Shown: positions 19,494-29,628 of the stretch, in pieces
Layout of the letters: the number at the start of each line of letters is the position of its first letter
How positions within the stretch are numbered: position 1 is the stretch's first letter
NCBI GenBank assembly: GCA_902784805.1
Contig: CACZWD010000017.1
Coordinates: forward strand, 1 to 55,747
From: an uncultured Ruminococcus sp.
Lineage (GTDB): Bacteria; Bacillota; Clostridia; RUG12999
Length of the DNA stretch: 55,747 bases
Direction of reading: 5' to 3'
Made by a program: the position numbers and the translations under genes
The notes under the pieces: generated by a model
The model's database searches: none
Told to the model about the DNA's origin: nothing
What the model saw: only the letters and a program-made list of their open reading frames with translations

Positions 19494-19802
19494 TTACCCT
19501 AAAATATCGGCTCCCGCCGCTTTTTCAACCATTCCGTGAAGCTCTCTTGCGCCTTTTCCAAGACTTCCCGAAGCGTCCGGTATAACAAGTACGGCAGGAA
19601 GCGGAGATGTCATAAGTGAACGGATTTCTTCATTATCCGAAAAGGTTTCTGTTATAAAAACAACGCCGTAACCACCGTTTAATACTTTTTTAAACGCCTC
19701 AAGCGCCTGCGCGGGTGTATCGGCGGCATAAATGTCAGCTCCCGCTGCCGAAAAGCCGTAAATACTGCCAAAAGGCCCGATTGCCGCGGCACTATACGTC
19801 AT
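19494..19802 (-). CDS. V/A-type ATPase subunit F
   Basis: AIG...IYGF...G and VEKAAGADIL motifs. Position in the operon. Confidence 0.9.
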   Translation of the reverse strand: MTYSAAAIGPFGSIYGFSAAGADIYAADTPAQALEAFKKVLNGGYGVVFITETFSDNEEIRSLMTSPLPAVLVIPDASGSLGKGARELHGMVEKAAGADILG

Positions 19803-20718
19803 AGCTCATAACCACCCTTCGTTTTATAAACTCATTATTCACACCGTTTGTTTTACAAACAAGAATCAGTCGTAAAAGAGATATTTCATTTTCAAGATTA
19901 ATTATATAATTTATTGTGGGCGCCGGAGAAAAAATATTATATTTTTCCGGCTTTATTGTCGTTATAATTTTTTGCTTTGCCTGGATGTCAATATTATCGG
20001 CAGTGACATCGGAATATCCGCAGCCGTTTAAAAAATCATTTAAGGTTTTTTTGTCGGAGCAGGCTTTTATAAGCGCAGCTTTCGGAATATTTGCTCCTTC
20101 GGCAAGTGCCGTATCTAAAAGCTCGGTGTCATCGCCTGCGAAACGCAGAGCAATTTTTATATTTGACACTGTTACAAATTCGCGCGCGTACTTTTTTAAA
20201 ATTTCGTGTTTTGTTTTTTCACCGAACTTTATAGCCGCATCCATACATGCGCGGTCAATAATTATATCCGAAAGCCGTCCGTCACCGGTACGAATAATCG
20301 TTTTATAAGCTTCTTTCGCCGCATCACGGCAATATTCGGGAAGAGCCTCGTATTTGCCGGCATTTATTTTTTCTTCAAACTCCTCGCCCGAAACAAGCGC
20401 TTCATCAACATAAAGCTTTCCTATTGTATGAGGAGCGTACAGCTTTTTTACAGCCGCTTTAAGATTATGAAAAGTTTTTTCGTAAAATAAAATCTCAATT
20501 TCTTTGGGATTTTCAATAAGCTCGGAAATAATTTTTTGTTTTTTCTGTTTAGCGTTTAAAATAATTTCTTCCGCGTTTTCGCCTTTATATCCAAAGGAGT
20601 TGAGCATTTTTACGCAGTCATCGGCAGATTTGCACATAGCCAGCGCTTCGGCATTCTGCCTGCTCATAAGCCCTCCCTCAAGAGCGCTTACTCTTGCCGA
20701 CGTATAGGTGTAATCCAT
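19792..20718 (-). CDS. ntpC: V/A-type ATPase subunit C (d)
   Basis: YTYTSARV..LE and FHNLKAAVK motifs. Position in the operon. Confidence 0.9.
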   Translation of the reverse strand: MDYTYTSARVSALEGGLMSRQNAEALAMCKSADDCVKMLNSFGYKGENAEEIILNAKQKKQKIISELIENPKEIEILFYEKTFHNLKAAVKKLYAPHTIGKLYVDEALVSGEEFEEKINAGKYEALPEYCRDAAKEAYKTIIRTGDGRLSDIIIDRACMDAAIKFGEKTKHEILKKYAREFVTVSNIKIALRFAGDDTELLDTALAEGANIPKAALIKACSDKKTLNDFLNGCGYSDVTADNIDIQAKQKIITTIKPEKYNIFSPAPTINYIINLENEISLLRLILVCKTNGVNNEFIKRRVVMSYDV

Positions 20719-20756
20719 TGGCAAACTCTCCTTTCTTTTTGCTGTTTTTTAAAGCC

Positions 20757-21356
20757 TTATTTAAAAAGTATATCGGCAGCTTTGTCGCAAAGTTCGAGAA
20801 AGCCTGAATCAAAAAGCCGGTCAAACGAACAGTTTTCGATTTTTTCGCCGTCGGGATAAGGATATGCCAAAGTAAAACCTTTTTTAAAGCTGTCGGAGCT
20901 TTGCCCGATTTCAAGAAGGCAGCCCGCGTCTCCGGCAATTTTTTTAAAACTGTCTAAAAAGCTTTCGGAAATATTATCTCCGCTTGAAAAATGCGCGACG
21001 CAGCGTCCGCTTTTAATATTTTTTTTAAGCAGCCCGAGAAGCAGTGTTTCGTATGCTTCACCGCTTAAATTCATAAGCTTTTCTTTTGCGGCGGAAAGCA
21101 TATTTCCGACAATTTCCTGCTTTGCCGAAAGAAGCAGCAGACGCTTTTCGGCATTTATTGTATCGGCAGTATTTTTTAAAATACGTGCCGCTTCGATTTC
21201 GGTATTTTTTAACAGCTCGGAACTTTCGGCGTCGGAGGTTTCTTTTGCCTGAAGCATAATTTTTTCCGTTTCTGCTTTCGCTTCCGCCTTTATAGCACTT
21301 ATTTCCTCGTCGGCGCTTTTCAAAATTCCGTTTACTATATCAGATAATCCGTTCAA
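20757..21356 (-). CDS. ntpE: V/A-type ATPase subunit E
   Basis: MNGLSDIVNGIL start, coiled coil, IENCSF. Position in the operon. Confidence 0.88.
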   Translation of the reverse strand: MNGLSDIVNGILKSADEEISAIKAEAKAETEKIMLQAKETSDAESSELLKNTEIEAARILKNTADTINAEKRLLLLSAKQEIVGNMLSAAKEKLMNLSGEAYETLLLGLLKKNIKSGRCVAHFSSGDNISESFLDSFKKIAGDAGCLLEIGQSSDSFKKGFTLAYPYPDGEKIENCSFDRLFDSGFLELCDKAADILFK

Positions 21357-21376
21357 GGCTGTTACCTCCTTTTGCC

Positions 21377-21889
<513 letters not shown>

Positions 21890-21916
21890 TCAATATTAAC
21901 ATATTTTGTGTTTTCT

Positions 21917-23935
21917 TTAAACGGTGAAAATTTCTTTCCGCCGCCTTCGTAAAACTTGCCGAAAAACTCGACATATTGCAGCCTGTTTGTATGTTCCGCC
22001 GCCTTCGTAAAACTTGCCGAAAAACTCGACATATTGCAGCCTGTTTGTATGGACATAAGCTCCCAGAAGGTTTATTGCAAGGTTAAACGTATGACCGAAA
22101 ATAAACACGGCTATAAACAGTATTAAGCCGAATACGCTTTTGCCTGCCATTGAGCCCATTTGGTTTATAACCGAGGCAATAACGCCTGTCGCAAGCCCCA
22201 GGGCAAGAAGCCTCGAATACGAAAGCAAATCGCTGAGCCAGCTTGTTATATCATAAAGCCCGTATGCCCCTTTGGCGAGCCGTTTGCCTATATTTTTGGA
22301 AGGTCTGCCGGCAGTTAAAAGAATGATTACAGCGCCGACTGCCGCCATAATTTCCGCAATCAGACTTCCAATCTTTCCGAGAGGCAGAGCCGAGCCCGAC
22401 AGAGAGGCGTATATTGAGCTTTTTAAAAGCATCAAAAGAAGCCCTGCAAGCAGTAAAAACCATGAAACAACGTCAAAGAAAAAGGCTTTGTAATCCTTTT
22501 GTTTAATCAGCGTAAAGCCTTTTATGCCAAGCCCGGTGAAAAGATGAATAAGTCCAAACAGCATGGAATACAAAAGCAGCTTCATAGGGTTGTTAATCGG
22601 CACAAACCAAAGCGCGGGAATAACAGGCTTATTTGCTGTCCTTCCAAGAAACACGCGGGAAATCACATCGGGAGCGTCTCCGAAATATCCTCCAAATAAA
22701 ATCCCCCAGAAAAGTGTTGACAAACCGCAGTACATAAACATACGCACGGATTTTTTCATTGATTCTTCCATTGCGGGAAATTTCTTCAGCATAAAGAAGC
22801 ACGCAAGAGATATTATCAGACCGTACGCGGCGTCAGACAGCATAAGTCCAAACAGGAAAATGTAAAATACAGACATTATAGCCGTAGGGTCAATCTCACC
22901 TTTTTTGGGAAGCCCGAAAGATTCGAGCACTCCTTCAAAAGAGGAAGGTATTTTACTGTTTTTAAGCAGTACGGGGGCATCGCTTGCAGCTTCCTCCTCA
23001 ACCACCGCTCCATACTTTTCCGACATAACGGAGCAAACCTTTGCCGTCTCATACGCGGGAATATATCCGCTTAAAAAGAAGGTTTTTTCGGATTGCGGAA
23101 CGTTGTCTAAAACACGGTATTTTTCAGCTCTTATTCTGTAATAATCCGAAAGTATGCAAAAGGCGTTTCTTCTTCCCGCATAGGTTGCGATTTCCGCGTT
23201 TTTGCTTTCAATTTCATTATTTAGAGATTGTATTTCGTTTTCAAGCTCGTTTTTATATTCGGAAGGAAGCCCTTTAAAGCTCAGCGGCGGCAAAGCAAAG
23301 CCGATTTTTCTTAAATTATCCTTGACCTTTGCCGCTGTTGCCATATCGGAAATTACACCTATATAGCGGTTGTTTTTATCCTTTGAAATTTCTTTAAAAT
23401 CCGCTTTTAAATCAGTCAGTGCGGAGAAAATGATTTCATCTGTTTCGGCGGCAGGTAAGCTGCCGAAAAAAACCGCGGTTGTTTTTGTACCTTTTATATT
23501 AAAAGGAACGTCGAGAAGCAGCCACGGAGACAGCGCTTCAATATCGCTCTCAAGCTTTAAAATTTTCCCACGGCAGGCGCTTATTTCATTTTTGAGAGAT
23601 ATAACGGCGGAACATTCGTTTACAAGCTGCTTCCTGTCCGCAATTATTTTTTCATATTCTTTACGTGTTATAAATTTCTTGCCTGCAAGTGAGGAAAATG
23701 CAGGTTTTTTTATATCGCAAAATTCGTCAAGCGTTTCGATTGCGAGGTCGGCGTTTAACGCGTTTCTCTCAAAGATAGCGTGTCTTCCCGCAGTATCCTT
23801 TTTTTTGAGGTCTTCGTCCTCAAAAGGCGTAAAATCAAGCTCTGCCGCACCGCTGCTTTGCAAAAACTCAAGAATTTGCTTTCTGCTACTTTGCGGCGCA
23901 CAAAGATTTATACGCTTCATTTCGGTTACAGCCAC
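21917..23935 (-). CDS. ntpI: V/A-type ATPase subunit I (a), C-terminus frameshifted by a tandem duplication
   Basis: [20 protein letters not shown] and [16 protein letters not shown] motifs. The native tail [19 protein letters not shown] (stop at 21877-21879) is out of frame. Confidence 0.93.
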   Translation of the reverse strand: MAVTEMKRINLCAPQSSRKQILEFLQSSGAAELDFTPFEDEDLKKKDTAGRHAIFERNALNADLAIETLDEFCDIKKPAFSSLAGKKFITRKEYEKIIADRKQLVNECSAVISLKNEISACRGKILKLESDIEALSPWLLLDVPFNIKGTKTTAVFFGSLPAAETDEIIFSALTDLKADFKEISKDKNNRYIGVISDMATAAKVKDNLRKIGFALPPLSFKGLPSEYKNELENEIQSLNNEIESKNAEIATYAGRRNAFCILSDYYRIRAEKYRVLDNVPQSEKTFFLSGYIPAYETAKVCSVMSEKYGAVVEEEAASDAPVLLKNSKIPSSFEGVLESFGLPKKGEIDPTAIMSVFYIFLFGLMLSDAAYGLIISLACFFMLKKFPAMEESMKKSVRMFMYCGLSTLFWGILFGGYFGDAPDVISRVFLGRTANKPVIPALWFVPINNPMKLLLYSMLFGLIHLFTGLGIKGFTLIKQKDYKAFFFDVVSWFLLLAGLLLMLLKSSIYASLSGSALPLGKIGSLIAEIMAAVGAVIILLTAGRPSKNIGKRLAKGAYGLYDITSWLSDLLSYSRLLALGLATGVIASVINQMGSMAGKSVFGLILFIAVFIFGHTFNLAINLLGAYVHTNRLQYVEFFGKFYEGGGTYKQAAICRVFRQVLRRRRKEIFTV
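21936..22051. repeat. Exact 58-bp tandem duplication
   Basis: TTCCGCCGCCTTCGTAAAACTTGCCGAAAAACTCGACATATTGCAGCCTGTTTGTATG at 21936-21993 and again at 21994-22051. Confidence 0.97.
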
Positions 23936-23969
23936 GTTTGCTCCTTCCTTTCGGTATATTTTTAAAATA

Positions 23970-24278
23970 TCAGAATAAAGTATTCATAACAAGGGCGTCA
24001 ATATCAGCCTGTTTTTCGGACGCTGCCGCCTTTAATTTTTCAGCTTCCGCATTTGCCTGCGTAAGCGCTTCGGATATAGCTTTTTCACGCTCTTTTTCGG
24101 CGGATTTAAGGCGATTTTCGGCGGCTTCTTTTGCCTTGACGCGGGCACTGTTTATATAATTTTCTGCTTCTTCGGCAGCTTTTTCAAGATTTGCCGAAGC
24201 TTCAAGCTTTGCCTGTTTTATTTTTTCTTCCGCGTCAGATTCGGCTTTTTTTACCTCGTCAATCATTTCTTTAAGCAT
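23970..24278 (-). CDS. V/A-type ATPase subunit G/H (peripheral stalk)
   Basis: Ala/Glu/Lys-rich coiled coil of 102 aa heading the operon. Promoter TTGACT-17-TATAAT at 24360-24332. Confidence 0.85.
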   Translation of the reverse strand: MLKEMIDEVKKAESDAEEKIKQAKLEASANLEKAAEEAENYINSARVKAKEAAENRLKSAEKEREKAISEALTQANAEAEKLKAAASEKQADIDALVMNTLF

Positions 24279-24472
24279 TATTTTTCGCCTCCGTTACTTC
24301 TTTATGGTATCTGTTTCCGTAAATTGCTTATATTATAGCATATTGTTAAAAAAAAGTCAATGGTCAAACAAAAATTTTTTGTGTGGTTTTGGAAGTTTCA
24401 CAGCATTTTGCTATATTTAATATAATATATTAATAAAACATATTTTTTATCCGCAAAAATGAGGTGTTTTCT

Positions 24473-25375
24473 ATGCGTATGTGCGACGCGCATTGTGATA
24501 CGATTATGAAAATAGATATAGGTGAAAAATTTGATTTTTCATTTGAAAAAGCGGCTTCCTGCGGCGGTTTTTTGCAAATTTTCGCCTGCTTTACCGAGGA
24601 CGGAGAAAAAGACGCGTATTTTACAGCTATAAGAAAAATTAAAAGGTTTAACGATTTTTTAAAAACAAAGGAAAATTGTTTTCTTGCATATACACCGTGC
24701 GCCGCGAAAAAAATAACGGATTTGGGTGGTCTTGCCGCGGTATTATCACTTGAAAACTGCGCGTGTCTCGGAGATGAACCCGAAAATCTTTATAAATTTT
24801 ACAATCTCGGTGTAAGAGTCATTACATTAACGTGGAACGAAGCAAACAGCTTTGCGAGCGGGTGCAACGAAAAAGGCGGTCTGACAAAAAGAGGCAGGGA
24901 GCTTCTAAGGATTGCGGGCAAGCTCGGCATTTTGGTTGATGTGTCGCATCTTAATGAGCAGGGATTTTATGAAGTCTTATCGGAGGGCGGCTGCAAAATT
25001 TTTGCTTCGCACAGCAGCTGCGCCGCATTGGAGGATAATCCCCGTAATCTGACCGACCTGCAGATACTCAAAATATATTCGCGCGGCGGAATTGTCTGTG
25101 CTTGTCCCAACCCGCCTTTTTTAAACGGAAAAAATGAAGCCGAAAAAAGCGATTTTGCAAGGCATTTGCGCCATATTTTAAAGCTTACGGACGGAATGGG
25201 AGGTATCGGCTCGGATTGTGACGGAACGGCTTTTTGCTGCAACGGACTTAAAACCACGGGTGATTATATAGATTTCAGTAATTTTTTAAAAGAAAAGGAT
25301 TTTAAAAATTATGAAATTCAAAACATTTTTTCTTGCAATTTCGAGCGTTTTTTTAATATTTTTGACAAAAAATGA
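24473..25375 (+). CDS. Membrane dipeptidase (peptidase M19 family)
   Basis: DAHCDT, LSLEN, TLTWN, VDVSH, ASHS, RNLTD and IGSD.DG motifs. Confidence 0.9.
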   Translation: MRMCDAHCDTIMKIDIGEKFDFSFEKAASCGGFLQIFACFTEDGEKDAYFTAIRKIKRFNDFLKTKENCFLAYTPCAAKKITDLGGLAAVLSLENCACLGDEPENLYKFYNLGVRVITLTWNEANSFASGCNEKGGLTKRGRELLRIAGKLGILVDVSHLNEQGFYEVLSEGGCKIFASHSSCAALEDNPRNLTDLQILKIYSRGGIVCACPNPPFLNGKNEAEKSDFARHLRHILKLTDGMGGIGSDCDGTAFCCNGLKTTGDYIDFSNFLKEKDFKNYEIQNIFSCNFERFFNIFDKK

Positions 25376-25487
25376 AATTTTTTAAATTTCCTATTGCATT
25401 TTTGCGAAATTTGTGGTATTATATATATAGTGGATAGTATCCGCTTATTATTTTTTTGTAAAAGACTGTTTTAAATAAAATGAAGAG

Positions 25488-26690
25488 GTGAATTTTTTTT
25501 TTATTTCAAAAAAAGCGTTGGCGGTGAGTCCGTCATCAACGCTTGCAATCAATTCCAAATTCAAAGCGTTAAAGGCACAGGGGCTTGATGCCGTAGGCTT
25601 CGGCACGGGTGAGCCTGATTTTGACACTCCGGAAAATATAAAAAATGCCGCCAAAGCGGCTCTTGATAACGGTTTTACCAAATATACGCCGGCTTCGGGT
25701 ACGCCGGAGCTTAAAAAAGCCGTTTGTTATAAGCTTAAACGTGATAACGGGCTTGATTATGAGCCTTCACAGATTGTAATTTCAAACGGCGCGAAGCATT
25801 CTTTAATGAACGTGTTTACCGCTATATGCGACCCCGGTGATGAGGTTATTATTCCCTCTCCCTATTGGGTGAGCTATACGGAGCTTGTTCGTCTTGCGGA
25901 CGGCGTGCCGGTTATTGTACATACTACGGAAGAATCGGGCTTTAAGCTAAACCCCGACGATTTTGAAAAGGCGATAACACCCAAAACAAGGGCAATTATA
26001 GTAAACAGTCCCAGCAACCCAAACGGTATGGTATATTCCGCGGAGGATTTAAAAGCCATTGCCGACGTCGCGCTCAGACACGGGCTGTATATTGTTTCGG
26101 ACGAGGTTTACGAGCATATTGTGTATGACGGTCATAAGCACGTAAGCATAGCTTCCTTCGGACCGGAATATAAAGAAGCTACCATTGTTGTAAACGCCGT
26201 TTCAAAAACCTACGCTATGACAGGCTGGAGAATAGGCTATACCGCTTGCGGCGCGCCGCTCGCGAAGGCAATGGCAAGTATTCAGAGCCATTCGACTTCA
26301 AACCCGAACTCAATTGCGCAGGCGGCGGCAACAGCGGCGCTTATGGGCGACCTCAGCGCGGTTGCGGAAATGAGAAAGGCTTTTATCGAAAGACGTAATT
26401 ATATGTATAAACGTATAAACGCTATGGAGGGTGTGTCCTGTACTCTTCCCGAAGGCGCGTTTTACATTATGATGAACATATCAAAGCTGAAAGGCAAAAC
26501 CTTTTACGGTAAAAAAATAGAAACAAGTGACGATTTCGCGGATATTTTTCTTGAAAAAGCGCTTGTTGCCGTTGTGCCGTGCAGCGGCTTCGGCAATGAT
26601 GATTTTATACGCTGGTCGTACGCGACATCAATGGAATCAATAGTAAAAGGTATGGATAGGCTTGAAAAGTTTTTAAAAGGCGAGCTTTAA
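25488..26690 (+). CDS. PLP-dependent class I aminotransferase (aspartate aminotransferase-like), start uncertain
   Basis: GEPDFDTP, NGAKHSL, NSPSNPNG, SDEVY and SKTYAMTGWRIGY motifs. Confidence 0.93.
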   Translation: MNFFFISKKALAVSPSSTLAINSKFKALKAQGLDAVGFGTGEPDFDTPENIKNAAKAALDNGFTKYTPASGTPELKKAVCYKLKRDNGLDYEPSQIVISNGAKHSLMNVFTAICDPGDEVIIPSPYWVSYTELVRLADGVPVIVHTTEESGFKLNPDDFEKAITPKTRAIIVNSPSNPNGMVYSAEDLKAIADVALRHGLYIVSDEVYEHIVYDGHKHVSIASFGPEYKEATIVVNAVSKTYAMTGWRIGYTACGAPLAKAMASIQSHSTSNPNSIAQAAATAALMGDLSAVAEMRKAFIERRNYMYKRINAMEGVSCTLPEGAFYIMMNISKLKGKTFYGKKIETSDDFADIFLEKALVAVVPCSGFGNDDFIRWSYATSMESIVKGMDRLEKFLKGEL

Positions 26691-26724
26691 ATTAAACTTT
26701 TTTAAATAAATATTTGTACTCGCG

Positions 26725-26787
26725 GGGAACGCTACAAGAGCAGAAGTGGCTGCAATCCTTATGCGGTTTATTGAAAACGCCAAATAA
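26725..26787 (+). pseudogene. Orphan 3' remnant of an SLH-domain gene
   Basis: Translates as GNATRAEVAAILMRFIENAK*, the typical TRAE end of an SLH repeat. No start codon or upstream coding sequence. Confidence 0.7.
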
Positions 26788-26811
26788 TTTATAAAAACTA
26801 TCTAAATAAAG

Positions 26812-26845
26812 ATGGCGAGGAGTAATCCTCGCCGTTTTTTTGTTT
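26812..26845 (+). terminator. Intrinsic terminator
   Basis: GGCGAGGA-GTAA-TCCTCGCC followed by a T-run. Confidence 0.85.
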
Positions 26846-27672
26846 TATTTAATAATAAATGAACTTGGCGGAAATCCCGTATATTTTTTAAAATACATAG
26901 AAAAATGACTTATGTTGTTCCAGCCTGTTTTTGCGGCAATTTCCGTAATACTGTGATTTCCAGAATTTAACATATTGATTGCGGCATCAATCCGGCAGCC
27001 GACAAGATATTTGTGCAGCGATTGCCCGGTATGTTTTACAAAAAGCCTGCCTATGTAGTTCGGATGATAATGGAAAAGTTTGCCGATAGAGTTGTTTGTA
27101 AGCGGTTCCGCATAGTGCAGATTAACATAACTTATTATTTCCGAAATCATATTATCGGGTTTGGTGTTTATAATATGTTTAAATATTTGTGATAGCGCAA
27201 GCGAAAAATACGCGTTTAGTTCGTTTCGGAAATAAAGGGGTTTTTCGGCATAAAGCTTTGACATATTTAAAAAGAAAGGCTCAAGCCCCGAAACGTTAGT
27301 TTTGAATGGCACGTTAAGCTGTGGTAAATCGGCAAAATGTATAATGTAGGGAAGTTTTTTTTCTACCGAAAAAAGCAAAGGAATTGCAAATTCCGGTCTT
27401 TCGGAGTTATTCAAATAATCAAAATTTATAAGATAAAAGGAGCTGTTTTTTTTGCTTTCCATTCTATAAGGAAACATCGGCGGAATTATCAGGACATCAT
27501 TTTTTTCAAGCGTTGTGAGGTTACCGTTTACGGTTAAAACAAGCTGCCCTTCCTTTATATAAAACAAACGGCAGTCCTGCGCATAAGAGGTTTTTTTATA
27601 TAGGCAGGGATCACCGTTACGATAAGCCGCAAACCTTACAAAAGGGTTTATTTTTGTTGAAAAAATTTCCAT
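26845..27672 (-). CDS. AraC family transcriptional regulator
   Basis: N-terminal cupin domain. C-terminal HPNYIGRLF...SITEIAAKTGWNNISHFSMYFKKYTGFPP. Confidence 0.93.
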   Translation of the reverse strand: MEIFSTKINPFVRFAAYRNGDPCLYKKTSYAQDCRLFYIKEGQLVLTVNGNLTTLEKNDVLIIPPMFPYRMESKKNSSFYLINFDYLNNSERPEFAIPLLFSVEKKLPYIIHFADLPQLNVPFKTNVSGLEPFFLNMSKLYAEKPLYFRNELNAYFSLALSQIFKHIINTKPDNMISEIISYVNLHYAEPLTNNSIGKLFHYHPNYIGRLFVKHTGQSLHKYLVGCRIDAAINMLNSGNHSITEIAAKTGWNNISHFSMYFKKYTGFPPSSFIIK

Positions 27673-27792
27673 ACAAATCACCTTAAAAAGTTTATTTTTT
27701 ATAAAATATTATTTATATTCTGTATAGATTATATCAGATTTTTATGATAAAATCAATAGCGAATAGAAATAATAAAAGGGAGAGTGGCAGTA

Positions 27793-29478
27793 ATGAAAGC
27801 CCGATTTATTTATTTTGACGGCAGCGAAAGAACCGTCGATGTGCAGTGTAAAACGGAAAATGGTATAACGAAAGCGTTTTTGCCAAAAGAAGCGGCAGAT
27901 GAGAGTGTACAGTATATTGATTTTTTATATGATTATTTTACCGCTAACGTTGGCGATGAAGGTTATTTTGTGACAAATCAGGCGGCGGACGGAACATTTA
28001 TAACAAGGTTTATGGAGCGTGAGGACTGCGCTTTTTCAAAAGACCACAGTTTTATTGCCTGTTACGGTATAAACAAAGGAAAGGGCGGTACGCTTGCCAT
28101 AGTTACCGGTATGAGATATGATTTCGGTATGGAAATAATGCTGAAAAATGGTATTTACAGCCTATATCCGCGGTTTTATATTGACGGAGATGAAATGTAT
28201 GAGGATATATGTGTGGAATTTTATGAGCTTAAAGACGGCTCGTATTCCGCAATGGCGAGAAAATACAGGGAATTTCAGCTTACAAGAGGCGGATGCGTAC
28301 CTTTAAAAGAACGTGCAGAAAAAGACGCGCGGCTTATGAAAGCGACAAAAGGCATTGAAGTGCGTATTCGTCAAGGCTGGAAGCCTGCGCCGAGTCCCGT
28401 TGAAAATCAGACGCCCGAAACAGAGCCGCCAATGCATGTAGCCTGCACCTTTGAGCGCGTAGGAGATATAGCGGATGAATTTAAAAAACGAGGTATTAAT
28501 AACGCTGAATTTTGCCTTGTGGGATGGAACAGCGGCGGTCATGACGGCAGGTTTCCGCAGCTTCTTCCCGTTGAGCCAAAGCTCGGCGGCGAAAAAAAGA
28601 TGACAGAACTTGTAAAGAAGCTGCAGAATATGGGCTTTGTCGTTGTTTGTCACGATGACGCGACAGCGGCATATACAATAGCGGACTGTTTTGATGAGGA
28701 ATATCTGCTTAAAAATAAGGATTTAAGCCTTCACAAAAGACCATATTGCTGGTCAGGTGGCAGACCGCATAAAATTTGTCCCAAAAGGCAATATGAGCGT
28801 TTTGAGATAAGCAACCAGGAGCTTATAAAAAGATTTGGTTTTGAAGGCGTACATTATATTGATGTTATAACAATTTTGCCGCTTTTAAAATGCTATGACA
28901 AAAATCACCCGTTAAATCGCCGTGACAGTGCCGAATGGTACAGAAAAATAATGCGCCTCGCGCGTAAAAATTTTGGCGGTTTTGCGTCGGAGTCGGGATA
29001 TGATTTTGGGGCAGCGGACACCGACTATGTTATGTATCCCGTCTATAAAACGGAGCCTGACGAAAACAATCCGCTGTGCGATAAATATGTGCCGTTTTGG
29101 CATATTGTATATCACGGAATTTTGATGTATAATCCTTGTACATTTACACTGAATTATACAGCGAAGGGTGTAAAAAACAGGCTTAAGTATTTTGAATGGG
29201 GCGGCAGACCGCTTGTTTGTTATTATGCGAATTTTGCTGTCGGAAACAACTGGATGGGACTTGAGGATTTTTTGACAGATACGGATGAGCAACTTAAAGA
29301 CAGCGTGCGGAAAATCAAACAAATGGCGGAGGATTATGAGGAAATGAAACCAGAACGCTTTGAGTTTATCGAAAGTCACGAGGAAATCTCAGACGGAGTT
29401 TACAAGACGGTTTATTCAAACGGAACAGAGGTTGTGGTTGATTATAATAAGGAAACTTACAAAATAGAAAGAATGTAA
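27793..29478 (+). CDS. Putative glycoside hydrolase (DUF5696/GH101/GH129-like barrel)
   Basis: YSAMARKYR, GWNSGGHDGRFP...EPKLGG, HYIDV, VPFWHIVYHG and TVYSNGT.V.V.YN motifs. Divergent from AraC. No signal peptide. Confidence 0.7.
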   Translation: MKARFIYFDGSERTVDVQCKTENGITKAFLPKEAADESVQYIDFLYDYFTANVGDEGYFVTNQAADGTFITRFMEREDCAFSKDHSFIACYGINKGKGGTLAIVTGMRYDFGMEIMLKNGIYSLYPRFYIDGDEMYEDICVEFYELKDGSYSAMARKYREFQLTRGGCVPLKERAEKDARLMKATKGIEVRIRQGWKPAPSPVENQTPETEPPMHVACTFERVGDIADEFKKRGINNAEFCLVGWNSGGHDGRFPQLLPVEPKLGGEKKMTELVKKLQNMGFVVVCHDDATAAYTIADCFDEEYLLKNKDLSLHKRPYCWSGGRPHKICPKRQYERFEISNQELIKRFGFEGVHYIDVITILPLLKCYDKNHPLNRRDSAEWYRKIMRLARKNFGGFASESGYDFGAADTDYVMYPVYKTEPDENNPLCDKYVPFWHIVYHGILMYNPCTFTLNYTAKGVKNRLKYFEWGGRPLVCYYANFAVGNNWMGLEDFLTDTDEQLKDSVRKIKQMAEDYEEMKPERFEFIESHEEISDGVYKTVYSNGTEVVVDYNKETYKIERM

Positions 29479-29495
29479 TAAAAATCAGTATTTTT

Positions 29496-29541
29496 GCACC
29501 GTTAATTCATGCGAAATTTGTAGAATTAACGGTGTTTTTTT
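29496..29541 (+). terminator. Intrinsic terminator
   Basis: GCACCGTTAATTC...GAATTAACGGTGT followed by a T-run. Confidence 0.8.
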
Positions 29542-29628
29542 ATGTTACTGATAATTATGATATTGACTAATCAAAATAATTATAGTATAATTAAATTATA
29601 TAGGTTTGTCTATTACTAAAAAAGGAAG

